A stretch of 64,000 nt of DNA from positions 62,001 through 126,000 of the IMG/VR virus record IMGVR_UViG_3300042934_000594. One strand, given 5' to 3'. The stretch's first letter is position 1. The number at the start of each line of letters is the position of its first letter. The position numbers and the translations under genes are program-made. Positions 18,858 to 28,085 of this stretch are shown one piece after another. A model generated the notes under the pieces. That model was not told the origin of the DNA and ran no database searches. It worked only from the letters and a program-made list of their open reading frames with translations.

Positions 18858-19469
18858 ATGTCAGGCTATGCGTCCGGCGTGGACATCATTGATATCTTCG
18901 CAGGCGGTCATCTGGACCAACAATCCAGTGGCTGGCTCCAGGAACAATCCCAGTTCATGTCGACTGGGTTGAGCCATACCGCTCAACAGTTCTTCGAGCA
19001 AGCGCGTAACATGTATCAGGTCATCAGTCAGACTGATGCCTTGCAAGTGATACGCAACGTTAAAGCGAAGGTGGGTAGTCTGTGGGGGAACGACGTCTTC
19101 GCGGCGACGACCCTGCCACAGATTCAAACTGCCAACCCGGTCATGCAGCGATGGATCATGGCATTGCCAGAGCTGCGGACCATGTACCTGAACCAGGAAG
19201 TCGAAGGCTATGGGGATTCGTATCAGAACTTCCATGGCCACGCAGTCGGTGCGGACCACTACGATTGGCGCCAAGTGATGACCGATGTGGTCGTCGTCAA
19301 ACCCAATGAATGGGGCTACACCAACTACTGTGAACCCACCAGCCCTGGAGAGAAGCCGCTCACACTACATGAGAAGGTGGACATCCTGGCCACGTGGAAC
19401 GCAGTCAAGCACTATCTGGATGAGGCGGATGAAGATCCAACCTCAACCTGTGGTGCCAAACTCGGCTAA
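18858..19469 (+). CDS. Conserved protein (phiKZ gp59/Imp3-like by synteny)
   Basis: QTANPVMQRWIMA.P, EGYGDSY, HYDWRQV and DPTS motifs; GAGG RBS. Confidence 0.7.
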   Translation: MSGYASGVDIIDIFAGGHLDQQSSGWLQEQSQFMSTGLSHTAQQFFEQARNMYQVISQTDALQVIRNVKAKVGSLWGNDVFAATTLPQIQTANPVMQRWIMALPELRTMYLNQEVEGYGDSYQNFHGHAVGADHYDWRQVMTDVVVVKPNEWGYTNYCEPTSPGEKPLTLHEKVDILATWNAVKHYLDEADEDPTSTCGAKLG

Positions 19470-19475
19470 ATCCCC

Positions 19476-19512
19476 CGACATAGAGGCCCCCGGAAAGGGG
19501 CCTCGCTTTATG
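19476..19512. terminator. Hairpin with CGACATA flank
   Basis: CGACATA-GAGGCCCC-CGGAAA-GGGGCCTC-GCTTTATG. Confidence 0.7.
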
Positions 19513-19523
19513 GAGTCTCGACC

Positions 19524-20303
19524 ATGGATGCAGAATCTTTAAAGGCCCTGATGTGGACTGCTCTCCGTGCTGAAGGGGAGGGTGTCGTAGCCACAGGCCA
19601 CACAGGCCCCCTGCCCGACGTGCGTGGCGGACTACTCATCGAAGGCGCTGATTTAACAGTGGCTGCCCACAACCTCGGTGTGGCCAATGGCATCAAAGCA
19701 CTCTTGACCCACATGAGCCAAAATGGCTGGCGTTTGGTTGGGCCTCTGGATCCTAAGATCTACCCACCTCGCGATGGCGATCTGGGCGAGGAATTCAAAA
19801 CCTGGCTGAACACCCCCCTGCCTTCGGAAAGCAACCAAGACCGGCAACTGACCGGTGCCCGTGGATGGAAGGATGGCGTTTACAACCCGGCCCTTCCACC
19901 ATCCAAACATGCCCTGCTGCCCGACCTGCCTGAAATCAAAGGCGTCCACCTTAAAGACAGTAGCTCAGTTACCCGTACTCGGTTCAAACAGACCGTGCTG
20001 TTTATGAAAGACGGGCGGGTCCACCTGAATGGCGTCCCCATCAAGTTCTCGGTGAAAGCTGCTGACTGGCAGGTGCAATCAGGGTACAGTGAGTATCCAC
20101 TGGAAATCCGTTTCCAGGTGGACGGCAAGACTTACGTGGTTTCTGAGTCATTGGGGACACCGTATGTGGATCGCTTGATGTTGGACTATAGTGACCAGGT
20201 GGAGGACCCTGATCCAGGAACGACGTACGAAGAGCCTGTGGCGTCAGTGGTGATCAGTCAATACCACGGCGTGCTGCAATGGCTGGTGCAGGATATCGAG
20301 TGA
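19524..20303 (+). CDS. Hypothetical protein (259 aa)
   Basis: GGAG RBS; flanked by terminators. Confidence 0.7.
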   Translation: MDAESLKALMWTALRAEGEGVVATGHTGPLPDVRGGLLIEGADLTVAAHNLGVANGIKALLTHMSQNGWRLVGPLDPKIYPPRDGDLGEEFKTWLNTPLPSESNQDRQLTGARGWKDGVYNPALPPSKHALLPDLPEIKGVHLKDSSSVTRTRFKQTVLFMKDGRVHLNGVPIKFSVKAADWQVQSGYSEYPLEIRFQVDGKTYVVSESLGTPYVDRLMLDYSDQVEDPDPGTTYEEPVASVVISQYHGVLQWLVQDIE

Positions 20304-20313
20304 TACAACCCAT

Positions 20314-20355
20314 CAGGGGGCCTTCGGGTCCCCTGTGGATTCCCTTTCTTTTTTG
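20314..20355 (+). terminator. Rho-independent terminator
   Basis: CAGGGGGCC-TTCG-GGTCCCCTG followed by a T-rich run. Confidence 0.6.
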
Positions 20356-20395
20356 CCAATAGGATGACTTCCTACCACCTGGCGGCGAACCTCCT

Positions 20396-20803
20396 ATGCC
20401 CACGACAAAGATTGCCACCCTCGGTTCCATCGGTTGGGTGGACTCCATTCCAGAGAAAGGCGACTACGCCATTTCCTGCTTTATCACCACCAATAAATCC
20501 CAGTCGGTTGAGTACGCTGGTAATATTACTTCCCTTCAATATCTAGTGAAGACCTATGCCAACGCCCCGCGGGATCTGGAGACGAATGTCCGAACCGCGT
20601 TGGAACGAACGATGTCGCAGTACTTCGGCGCAGACGTCGCCCAAGTAACCTGCACCGTTGAGTTGGATACCGACGATATTACCAAAATCACCATCCGCTT
20701 CCGCTGCGTGCTGACCATCGATGGCAGCAACTATGTCCTTGGACGTATTGTGCAGTATGTGAACGGTCGGTTGGTGGCCATTGCCAAAGACAACAACGGG
20801 TAG
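20396..20803 (+). CDS. Conserved Chimalliviridae protein (phiKZ gp61/62 region; possibly gp25-like fold)
   Basis: TLGSIGWV..EK.D..., SQS...GNITSLQYL motifs. Confidence 0.65.
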   Translation: MPTTKIATLGSIGWVDSIPEKGDYAISCFITTNKSQSVEYAGNITSLQYLVKTYANAPRDLETNVRTALERTMSQYFGADVAQVTCTVELDTDDITKITIRFRCVLTIDGSNYVLGRIVQYVNGRLVAIAKDNNG

Positions 20804-20808
20804 ACCCA

Positions 20809-21246
20809 ATGTCAGAACCACTTGATCACGAACAACACGAGAAAAACCAAGACCAGCGCATCAAAGAACTGGAGCGCCGGCTGGCAGAAACACAACACAC
20901 GGTAGAGCATCTTCACGAGGCGTTCGAAGACCGCGTGATGCAGGTGATCGAAGCGCTGTGCAGTGCCGTGGGTGGCGTTGTGGGTGCCTCACGGGCCAAG
21001 TCCCAGTTGCGCCGTCAAGGACCGACTGTGGAAATGCGCCTGGCCGGTACGCAGGAAGAGCCCAGCAATGAACAGACGTTCCGGGTTACCTTGGCCGAAG
21101 ACGGCATTAAGGTTGAACAGTTGAGTGAAGGCCAGTGGGGCACCATCCCGCCGACGGCAGTCGATGAGCTGTTCCAGGGTTACCTGCGTGAGCAAGGCAT
21201 CGCCATCGGCGTCCCCACGCTCATCAATCTGTACCAACTTCATTAA
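20809..21246 (+). CDS. Hypothetical protein with N-terminal coiled coil
   Basis: 145 aa, in operon. Confidence 0.7.
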   Translation: MSEPLDHEQHEKNQDQRIKELERRLAETQHTVEHLHEAFEDRVMQVIEALCSAVGGVVGASRAKSQLRRQGPTVEMRLAGTQEEPSNEQTFRVTLAEDGIKVEQLSEGQWGTIPPTAVDELFQGYLREQGIAIGVPTLINLYQLH

Positions 21247-21257
21247 CCGGTGGTGAT

Positions 21258-21833
21258 GTGAGCATACAAAATCCTAACGTAAAGATGCATGAGCAGGTAC
21301 TGCTCGGTGATTCGCTGGAAGTGATCATGGCTGAGACCAACAGCCGAATCCCTACGGTGTCGGAATACCAGTTCAAGCGTGAAGTGTTGGGCTTGTTGCG
21401 CGATCCATTCAACAAACATTCGTTGAGCCACTACGAGGTCTACGTTGGTGAGCTGACCCGTCAACTGCGTGTAGTAGAAGACGGCAATCCCAACAATGTA
21501 CTGTTCACCATCCCGGCATTGGTGCAATCACCCCGTCCGTCGATGGCCACCCCAGGCGGTTACAGCGCAGAGAACTTCTTCCGTTCTCTGACCCGTGACA
21601 TTGACCTGGGTGGCGCTGGTATCGACCAGAAGATCGTCAACTTCCTCAACGGTGTGACACAGGCCCCCAACGTGATCGACGTGGTCCTCAAACCGATCCG
21701 TGAGATTCTGCACCGTTACGGCACTGACTTTGTCCAGGTTGCTCCCGATGGCGTCAACCACGCCGCTGCTGAACAACTGCTGGGCACTACCCGAACCACC
21801 TCCAGCTTTGATGACGACGGTTATGCGGACTGA
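21258..21833 (+). CDS. Conserved protein (phiKZ gp64-like by synteny)
   Basis: SEYQFKRE.L and VLFTIPAL motifs; acidic tail; overlaps the nuclease gene. Confidence 0.7.
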   Translation: MSIQNPNVKMHEQVLLGDSLEVIMAETNSRIPTVSEYQFKREVLGLLRDPFNKHSLSHYEVYVGELTRQLRVVEDGNPNNVLFTIPALVQSPRPSMATPGGYSAENFFRSLTRDIDLGGAGIDQKIVNFLNGVTQAPNVIDVVLKPIREILHRYGTDFVQVAPDGVNHAAAEQLLGTTRTTSSFDDDGYAD

Positions 21834-22965
21834 CCTGTGCAAAAAGCCAGGGACCTTCCGCTACATCAGCTTGGGTGACGTGCACTTGGGCCACCATTCA
21901 ACACCCACCGCGACAATCATCCAGAACTTGGACACGTGGTGCTTAACGGATGAGCGGCTCAAGGAAGTTGACATGGTCATCATCACAGGCGATCTGTTTG
22001 ATCGCCTGCTGCACAACGCTGATGAGAACGTGAAACTGATCAACCGTTGGATCACGCGTTTGATGTACCGCTGTGCGGTGCACAACGTGATGCTGGAGAT
22101 CGTGGAAGGTACCCCGTCCCACGACCGTGGGCAATCGAACTTCTTTGTTGAGCAAGCCCAAAATGCCAGTATCCCCGTAGAGCTTCATTACGCCACCACC
22201 CTGTCCATCCGTTACATTGAAAAGCTCGATGCGCATTTCTTGTACGTGCCGGATAAGTGGCGTGCCGACACCCAGACCACCTTAGATGAGGTGCGGGTGT
22301 TGCTCAAGGATAAAGGACTGGAACAAGTTGACTTTGCGATCATGCATGGCGCGTTTGAATACCAGCTGCCCAGCATCGTGAAAGAGCCGACTCATGCCAG
22401 CGATGTCTACTTAGGCCTCGTCAAATACTTTATCATGATTGGCCACGTGCACCTGCCTACACGCCAAGAACGCATACTAGCCGCCGGATCCTTCGACCGT
22501 ATTTGCCACGGTGAGGAAGGACCCAAAGGGTTTTATGACGTCAGTGTGCAATCACCTGAGCTGTTTAAGGTGACATTCGTCGAGAACCGAGGTGCTAAGC
22601 GGTACGACACCATCGAGTGTCACGGTATGGACACCAAGCAAGTCAACGTGCTGGTGCGTCAACGGGTCAGTGAACTGCCCCCACGCTCAGCCATCCGTCT
22701 GCGGTGCGATCCACATGACGCCGCCACAGGCGACATGGAATCGTTTGTCCGTGAATATCCACACATTGAGTGGTCACTCAAGGTTGAGAAAGTCGCCAAA
22801 GCCAAAGAATCGGCAGCGGAACGATTGGCCAGCTTTGACTTGTCCGCTTACAGCCCCATTGACCCTACCACCCTCATGCAGTTGTTGGCCAGCGAGTTGC
22901 AAAAGCACGCTAAGGACCCAGCCACGTTTGAGCGGTGCATGCGCCGCATGGAGGCTTTTGTTTAG
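21823..22965 (+). CDS. SbcD/Mre11-like metallophosphoesterase nuclease (phiKZ gp65-like)
   Basis: GDVHLG, TGDLFD, GTPSHD, MHG, GHVH and AGS motifs; start at 21811 or 21823. Confidence 0.9.
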   Translation: MRTDLCKKPGTFRYISLGDVHLGHHSTPTATIIQNLDTWCLTDERLKEVDMVIITGDLFDRLLHNADENVKLINRWITRLMYRCAVHNVMLEIVEGTPSHDRGQSNFFVEQAQNASIPVELHYATTLSIRYIEKLDAHFLYVPDKWRADTQTTLDEVRVLLKDKGLEQVDFAIMHGAFEYQLPSIVKEPTHASDVYLGLVKYFIMIGHVHLPTRQERILAAGSFDRICHGEEGPKGFYDVSVQSPELFKVTFVENRGAKRYDTIECHGMDTKQVNVLVRQRVSELPPRSAIRLRCDPHDAATGDMESFVREYPHIEWSLKVEKVAKAKESAAERLASFDLSAYSPIDPTTLMQLLASELQKHAKDPATFERCMRRMEAFV

Positions 22966-22976
22966 AGGTTGTCACT

Positions 22977-23816
22977 ATGACAGCACATGGCTATGTGGAA
23001 CGAGAGGTCGGTCTCTTCCCAATCAGCATCGGTACCTCGTACGCGCTCCAAGGATTCTTGGGCAACCATCCCAATCAACCGCAGCAACCTGCGGCCAGTA
23101 AAAATGTGCGGGCCATGTACATCAACCTGCGCACGATGATCCGTAACCTGTACGCTGCGATGCCCTCAGCGGCCGCACAGGTGATCAATCACGACATGGC
23201 GGCTATCACCCTGCTGGAGGAGTGTCGTTCGATACCGGACATCCTACGCCAGCACAAGCACCCTTGTGAGGTGGTGTACTACTTCAGTAACCTGGATGAG
23301 GTTAAGTGGGTCTTCCCGAAGGCTGAATACAAGAAAGCCCGCACGGAGAAGCAAATCCATTACGAGGTCTACGAGAAGTTGGTGCTGACCATGTTGTTGG
23401 CCCAACTCAAAGAAGCCCACGTCGATGTGGAGTTCATGACCCGGCAACCCAAACCCAGTCCGGTCATCGCCGCTATCATCACCCATTACCCCACGGAGTT
23501 GCTCTGGCGTCAAAGCTTTGAGCGATTGCTGCTGCTGGAGTCACACACCGGCAAGCTTAAGATGTACAACACGTGGTTTACCAAATTGGAAGGAATTACT
23601 GAGCAGCATCCAATGCCGTTCAATAAGTACACCCTCCAAGTGTTCGGTGAGGGGGTGCTGTTTGCCCCCCAACCCAAGCCGATACGCGATGCGTTAAAGC
23701 AGTTGGCCGAATACAAACGCTGGACCGGCATTACCACGGACATGAAAGTGCACGCGGATATTTCGGCCTCAGGGGACCGAGCGCTCAAGGAAAACTACGC
23801 GCTGTTGAACCGGTAA
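22977..23816 (+). CDS. Conserved protein (phiKZ gp66-like)
   Basis: EREVG.FPISIGT, INLRTMIRN, LLESHTG and MPFN...LQVFG motifs. Confidence 0.75.
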   Translation: MTAHGYVEREVGLFPISIGTSYALQGFLGNHPNQPQQPAASKNVRAMYINLRTMIRNLYAAMPSAAAQVINHDMAAITLLEECRSIPDILRQHKHPCEVVYYFSNLDEVKWVFPKAEYKKARTEKQIHYEVYEKLVLTMLLAQLKEAHVDVEFMTRQPKPSPVIAAIITHYPTELLWRQSFERLLLLESHTGKLKMYNTWFTKLEGITEQHPMPFNKYTLQVFGEGVLFAPQPKPIRDALKQLAEYKRWTGITTDMKVHADISASGDRALKENYALLNR

Positions 23817-23921
23817 ACCCCCTAGGAAACAAATACTCATGACCTTAATGGTACATGAGCAGTCTACACGGACATGTCGTTAGAGCATATGTCCTCCACC
23901 ACAGTAAAAGCGGAGCTACAC

Positions 23922-24695
23922 ATGGCGTACGAACAACAGCAGCGACCACCAAGCCCACTGACCATTTTCGACGTAATGTCCAACTGGTTGTTTGCTGATC
24001 CGGTACAAGGTTCGAACAAGCGTCCGAACATCAAGATCAAGCCGATGGGTAACGTGCCCCGCATCATCGTCAAGACCAACGTCGAAGGCGATCGCAACAA
24101 CGGCCGTATCGATTTCAACACTGACCTGGCGACGTTCTCGGCCGCCATGCAGACGCTTAAGCAAATGGCTGAAGGCCGCGCGCTGCAAGACCTGTACAAC
24201 TTCGACTACACCGACGACTTCGTCGCTGGCAAGAAGTTGGACAAACCCATGCTGCTCTCCACGCTGCAACTGGGTCGCGACAAAGACACCGGTCGCCTGT
24301 ACATGGCGATCATTGCGCATCAGCGTCCACGCATCCAGTTCTTCTTCGGCCCATCGAAGTTCCACGGCGTGCGCCTGCGTGATGGCTCCCCACTGCCGGG
24401 CGATCAGCTGTCCAACGCTTACGCGCTGGGCTTCCTGGAACCTGCCTGTGCCATGCTCTACAACCTGCTCTCCGGTTCGGCCTTCGATGAGAACGCCAAG
24501 AACGTGGCCAAGCCGCCTGCAATGCAGGGTGGTAACGGCGGCGGTGGTGGCGGTAACTACGGTGGCAACCGTGGCGGCGGCGGTAACTCCTACGGTGGCG
24601 GCAATCGCCAGGGTGGCAACTCCTATGGCGGTGGCGGTGGCAACAGTGCTCCTTCGCCAATGGCTGAAGATTTCGGCGACATCCCAGCCTTCTAA
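23922..24695 (+). CDS. Conserved protein with Gly-rich linker and acidic-aromatic tail (phiKZ gp67/Imp6-like by synteny)
   Basis: NVPRIIVKTNVEGD..NGRIDF motif; G/N/Y-rich tail ending EDFGDIPAF. Confidence 0.75.
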   Translation: MAYEQQQRPPSPLTIFDVMSNWLFADPVQGSNKRPNIKIKPMGNVPRIIVKTNVEGDRNNGRIDFNTDLATFSAAMQTLKQMAEGRALQDLYNFDYTDDFVAGKKLDKPMLLSTLQLGRDKDTGRLYMAIIAHQRPRIQFFFGPSKFHGVRLRDGSPLPGDQLSNAYALGFLEPACAMLYNLLSGSAFDENAKNVAKPPAMQGGNGGGGGGNYGGNRGGGGNSYGGGNRQGGNSYGGGGGNSAPSPMAEDFGDIPAF

Positions 24696-24703
24696 GCATT
24701 ACT

Positions 24704-24734
24704 CCCTCAGGGCATAGCCCTGAGGGTTTGTGCC
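24704..24734 (+). terminator. Hairpin after the gp67-like gene
   Basis: CCCTCAGGGC-ATA-GCCCTGAGGG then TTTGTGCC. Confidence 0.6.
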
Positions 24735-24754
24735 CTCAGCGCAATCGAAGGTTT

Positions 24755-24777
24755 TTAGCATCTATATCATCGATGTG
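24755..24777 (+). promoter_or_regulatory. Putative early promoter
   Basis: TTAGCAT-CTATATCAT-CGAT-GTG upstream of the gp68-like gene. Confidence 0.7.
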
Positions 24778-24814
24778 AAGTTACACTGGTTATCGGGTAA
24801 AGCACGAGGTCGCT

Positions 24815-26404
24815 ATGCGTCTTGAAGTCACACAGATCCAGGGTCAAGGCTTTGTTGAAGTCGCAGTCAAACACGGCGATCAACAGATTGTCTGGCCTGC
24901 CAAAGCTTACAGCAAAGTGAAGCTGGCCGAACCCTCCAAGGTGTTCGATGAAATCAATGCGTATTGGGAGTGGGTAGGACCAGAAGCCCAACAAGAAGTC
25001 TGGGACTGCTACGTCAAGATCAAGGAGATCCTCGATCAGATCGTTGATAACCTCCACATCGGTCAAGCGGTACGTTTCTACGTCAACCAGATGTACAAGG
25101 CCATGCCGTTGGATGGTTTTAAGCGCTGGTTGCTGACGGTCGGCTCGCTGCACATGCCTTCCGAGATCCAAGACAAGTTGACTGAAGATTCGCGCTACAA
25201 CAAGTCCGACCAGACTTACCTGCGTGAAGACTACATCAACTTGGCGACGCTGGGCCTGGCCCTGCGGCCGATGTTGCCGATCTGGGGCGAGTACATCGAA
25301 CAGACCAGCGACAACGACATGTACAAGGAAATGGCGGCCATTGGTTTGGTGGCTGAAACTGAAATCTGCACCTGGCCGGACAAACAGACGGCGCAGGGTA
25401 ACCTGATGTTTGCACCTACCTCGGCATTCGAGAAGCTGCAAAGCTACGTGCGGTTCTGCACCGAGGACACGCCAGTGACCTTGGGTAACTTGTGGAAAGG
25501 CATGGGTTCGGCAGAAATCCCAATCTGGCTGCAAGCCAAGATCATGGTCCGCCGTTTGACGATCGTGCCGTTGTGCAACACCAACAGCCATTCGATCATC
25601 GCCAACGTGTACCGCTACGCCAAGAGCAACTTGAAGCCGCCAGATCGTTCGACCTCTGATCGGGTCAACGAGAAACGGCCTGAAGGCGGTGGGGGTGACG
25701 AAGACGAGAAAACCTCGTACTTGGAATCCTACAAGACCAAACAACGCATCAGCGGCGGTGACGCAGCGGTCTACGCGTTCGACACCAAAAACATGGCGCA
25801 GTTGGCTCAGAAGGTTGACCCCACGGTCGACTTGAACCTGCTGGTGCTGTGTGTCAAGCGACTCGAAGAAGTGGCGCGCTATGAAGTGCAGCCTCACCAG
25901 GAATTGATTGCTCAGTGGGTCATGTCCAAAGCGTTCCCAGCGCGGGCGTTCTGGCACATCCCTCGTGAAGCGGTGGTGCGGTTGTTGGCGGTGACGCAGA
26001 CGTTGTTGTGGCATTGGGGTTACCATGACATCGCTGTGTTCATGCAAGTGCGTCTGTACATGTCCACCGATCAGATGTTGCCGAACCTGATCAAGTCCAC
26101 CAAGTCCGGTTCCCGGATCTCGGCCAAATATAAAGAGGAGCTGGCTCAACAGTTCCCACACGTTAAATTGCTTCGCCGTGGACGTGCTGATCTGGACGCA
26201 GATGCAGACAGTGACAACCGCGCAGCGTTGGCAATCAACAACGCCACCAGTTTCATCCGGTCATCGACCTGGACGTACATGGGTCCCATTGAGTTGCACC
26301 GCTTAGCCGGTCAACCCGAAGGGCATCAGCAGTTGATTGTCCCGCAGACCATCAAGAACACCATCACGGAGTTGGTGTTGCATTTGGCCAAACTGAACAA
26401 GTAA
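24815..26404 (+). CDS. Non-virion RNAP promoter-specificity (sigma-like) subunit (phiKZ gp68-like)
   Basis: 529 aa; FDEINAYW, QTYLREDY, PIWGEY and SYLESYK motifs; synteny. Confidence 0.82.
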   Translation: MRLEVTQIQGQGFVEVAVKHGDQQIVWPAKAYSKVKLAEPSKVFDEINAYWEWVGPEAQQEVWDCYVKIKEILDQIVDNLHIGQAVRFYVNQMYKAMPLDGFKRWLLTVGSLHMPSEIQDKLTEDSRYNKSDQTYLREDYINLATLGLALRPMLPIWGEYIEQTSDNDMYKEMAAIGLVAETEICTWPDKQTAQGNLMFAPTSAFEKLQSYVRFCTEDTPVTLGNLWKGMGSAEIPIWLQAKIMVRRLTIVPLCNTNSHSIIANVYRYAKSNLKPPDRSTSDRVNEKRPEGGGGDEDEKTSYLESYKTKQRISGGDAAVYAFDTKNMAQLAQKVDPTVDLNLLVLCVKRLEEVARYEVQPHQELIAQWVMSKAFPARAFWHIPREAVVRLLAVTQTLLWHWGYHDIAVFMQVRLYMSTDQMLPNLIKSTKSGSRISAKYKEELAQQFPHVKLLRRGRADLDADADSDNRAALAINNATSFIRSSTWTYMGPIELHRLAGQPEGHQQLIVPQTIKNTITELVLHLAKLNK

Positions 26405-26428
26405 GCGTTTCACAAACGAGGAGTCATC

Positions 26429-28060
26429 ATGCAATTTTCATACGGTACCCAGAACACTGAACTCGGTGTAGGTTTGTTTCTGTTGTCTCAGACTGGGACG
26501 TATCAGAACCAGAACCTGCGTCCATTCGGGGTGACGGTCAACAGCAACACCCTGACCAAGTTGGATGAAGCCACCCGTGGCGGCACCAACATCGGCATCA
26601 GTGCAATGCAGCGTGTGGCCAACGACATCATTGCGCCTTCGGCAATGCCCGAAGGTGAAGTGGCGATCATCAATGGTTGGCGCTGCCGCCGGTTCCGCTT
26701 CATGCTCAAGGTGATTGAACGGCACCCGTTCATGAATGGCATGACCACTCAACGCATCTTCTTCGGTGTGACGGACAACTGCGATGCCTCGCAGAACTTC
26801 CTCGACCCGAACATGCGCATTTACTTCAACTCCGAAACGGTGGTCACCGAAACCCTCACACCAACTGCGAACGGTCCGATCAAGGAAGTCATGGTCACCG
26901 GTTCCAACCAGATCGTTTCACCGATTGAATACCAAGCGGCTTCGAATGCGTCGTTGTACACCAATCCGACCGCACACCTGGTGCGTCCGGAAGACCTGTT
27001 CAGCATCGGGCAGTCGCAAGCAGTGGTTGATACCCTCAACCGTCAGGGCGCCATCCCAGGTGGCGTGGACCTGATCCTGGATTCGCGCACCATGGTCGGC
27101 CAAGGCGGTTCGTACAAGTACTCGGCTCGCCGGGATACCAGTCCGACCCGATTCTTGCATGATACCCTGGATGCGTTCAAGCATGCACGGATGGAAGCAG
27201 CGCTGACTCAGAATCTGGATCATAGCCAACCAATCGGCAAGGAACACCTGTACCTGGAAGCGCAGTCTTACGCCACCAACCAAGACATCCACAGCAATGG
27301 CTTCTTTGCCATGCTCAAAGATCGTTGCGGTTTCATGGAAAAGGGCTACGTTACCTTTGGCGACCTGGCGCAATGCTTCCCTGAGATCTTGCGCTATAAA
27401 GAAGTCACGCACTTCTCGGTCAACGACGGCCCGTCCGTTCGTAAGGTCAACCACGCTGAAGAAGCACAACACTGGAACGGCTCGGACCCTGCAACGATTG
27501 CCGCCAGCTTGTTGGCGCAGGTCATTCCGGCGGCGATGATGGACAACTACATCCGAAACGTGTCCTTCGCGGCCACCAACGGTCAAGGTCCTAATCGCTA
27601 TGCCATCCAGATCCATGATCAGCAAACACGTTCGGTCATCGACGGGGTGAACATGGTGCCGTACCTGCAAGCGTTCATGCACCGCCTGCAAGTGGACGTG
27701 CTGGGGGTGATCAGCCAAGGCAATCAGATCCCGTTCAACATCTCCATGCTGTCTGACCTGGCCGGCGACTCGGTCATCGATATCCGCATCGGTGCCGATG
27801 CCGTGACCCGATTCGTAGCGCCGACCTGTACGGACAGTCTGTTCAGTCCTGTGATCACCCGCCGCAGTGATTTGTTGACCAACATGGCCAATGACTTGCT
27901 GTATCTGGTTGATCAAGCAATCCCACAAAGCGCGGTCTCCAACGGTGCGTCAGTGACCAGCCTGGATACCATGAGCAATGCCTATCAACCGGTGCAGGTA
28001 CCACAGTCTGCGAACGTGACGCCGGTCCCGTTCAACGTCAACGATTACGGCCTGCTGTAA
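26429..28060 (+). CDS. picA: Phage-nucleus protein import factor PicA/Imp1 (phiKZ gp69-like)
   Basis: 543 aa; TGTY..Q.LRPF, IINGW...RFRF, LDPNMRIYFNS, RPEDLF and P...DSLFSPV motifs; immediately after the gp68-like gene. Confidence 0.8.
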   Translation: MQFSYGTQNTELGVGLFLLSQTGTYQNQNLRPFGVTVNSNTLTKLDEATRGGTNIGISAMQRVANDIIAPSAMPEGEVAIINGWRCRRFRFMLKVIERHPFMNGMTTQRIFFGVTDNCDASQNFLDPNMRIYFNSETVVTETLTPTANGPIKEVMVTGSNQIVSPIEYQAASNASLYTNPTAHLVRPEDLFSIGQSQAVVDTLNRQGAIPGGVDLILDSRTMVGQGGSYKYSARRDTSPTRFLHDTLDAFKHARMEAALTQNLDHSQPIGKEHLYLEAQSYATNQDIHSNGFFAMLKDRCGFMEKGYVTFGDLAQCFPEILRYKEVTHFSVNDGPSVRKVNHAEEAQHWNGSDPATIAASLLAQVIPAAMMDNYIRNVSFAATNGQGPNRYAIQIHDQQTRSVIDGVNMVPYLQAFMHRLQVDVLGVISQGNQIPFNISMLSDLAGDSVIDIRIGADAVTRFVAPTCTDSLFSPVITRRSDLLTNMANDLLYLVDQAIPQSAVSNGASVTSLDTMSNAYQPVQVPQSANVTPVPFNVNDYGLL

Positions 28061-28085
28061 CGAACATTTTTATTGGGTGGTTTGA

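Noticed and set aside
24529-24645. GGT/GGC-rich tandem repeat
   Set aside because: Explained by the Gly-rich coding linker.
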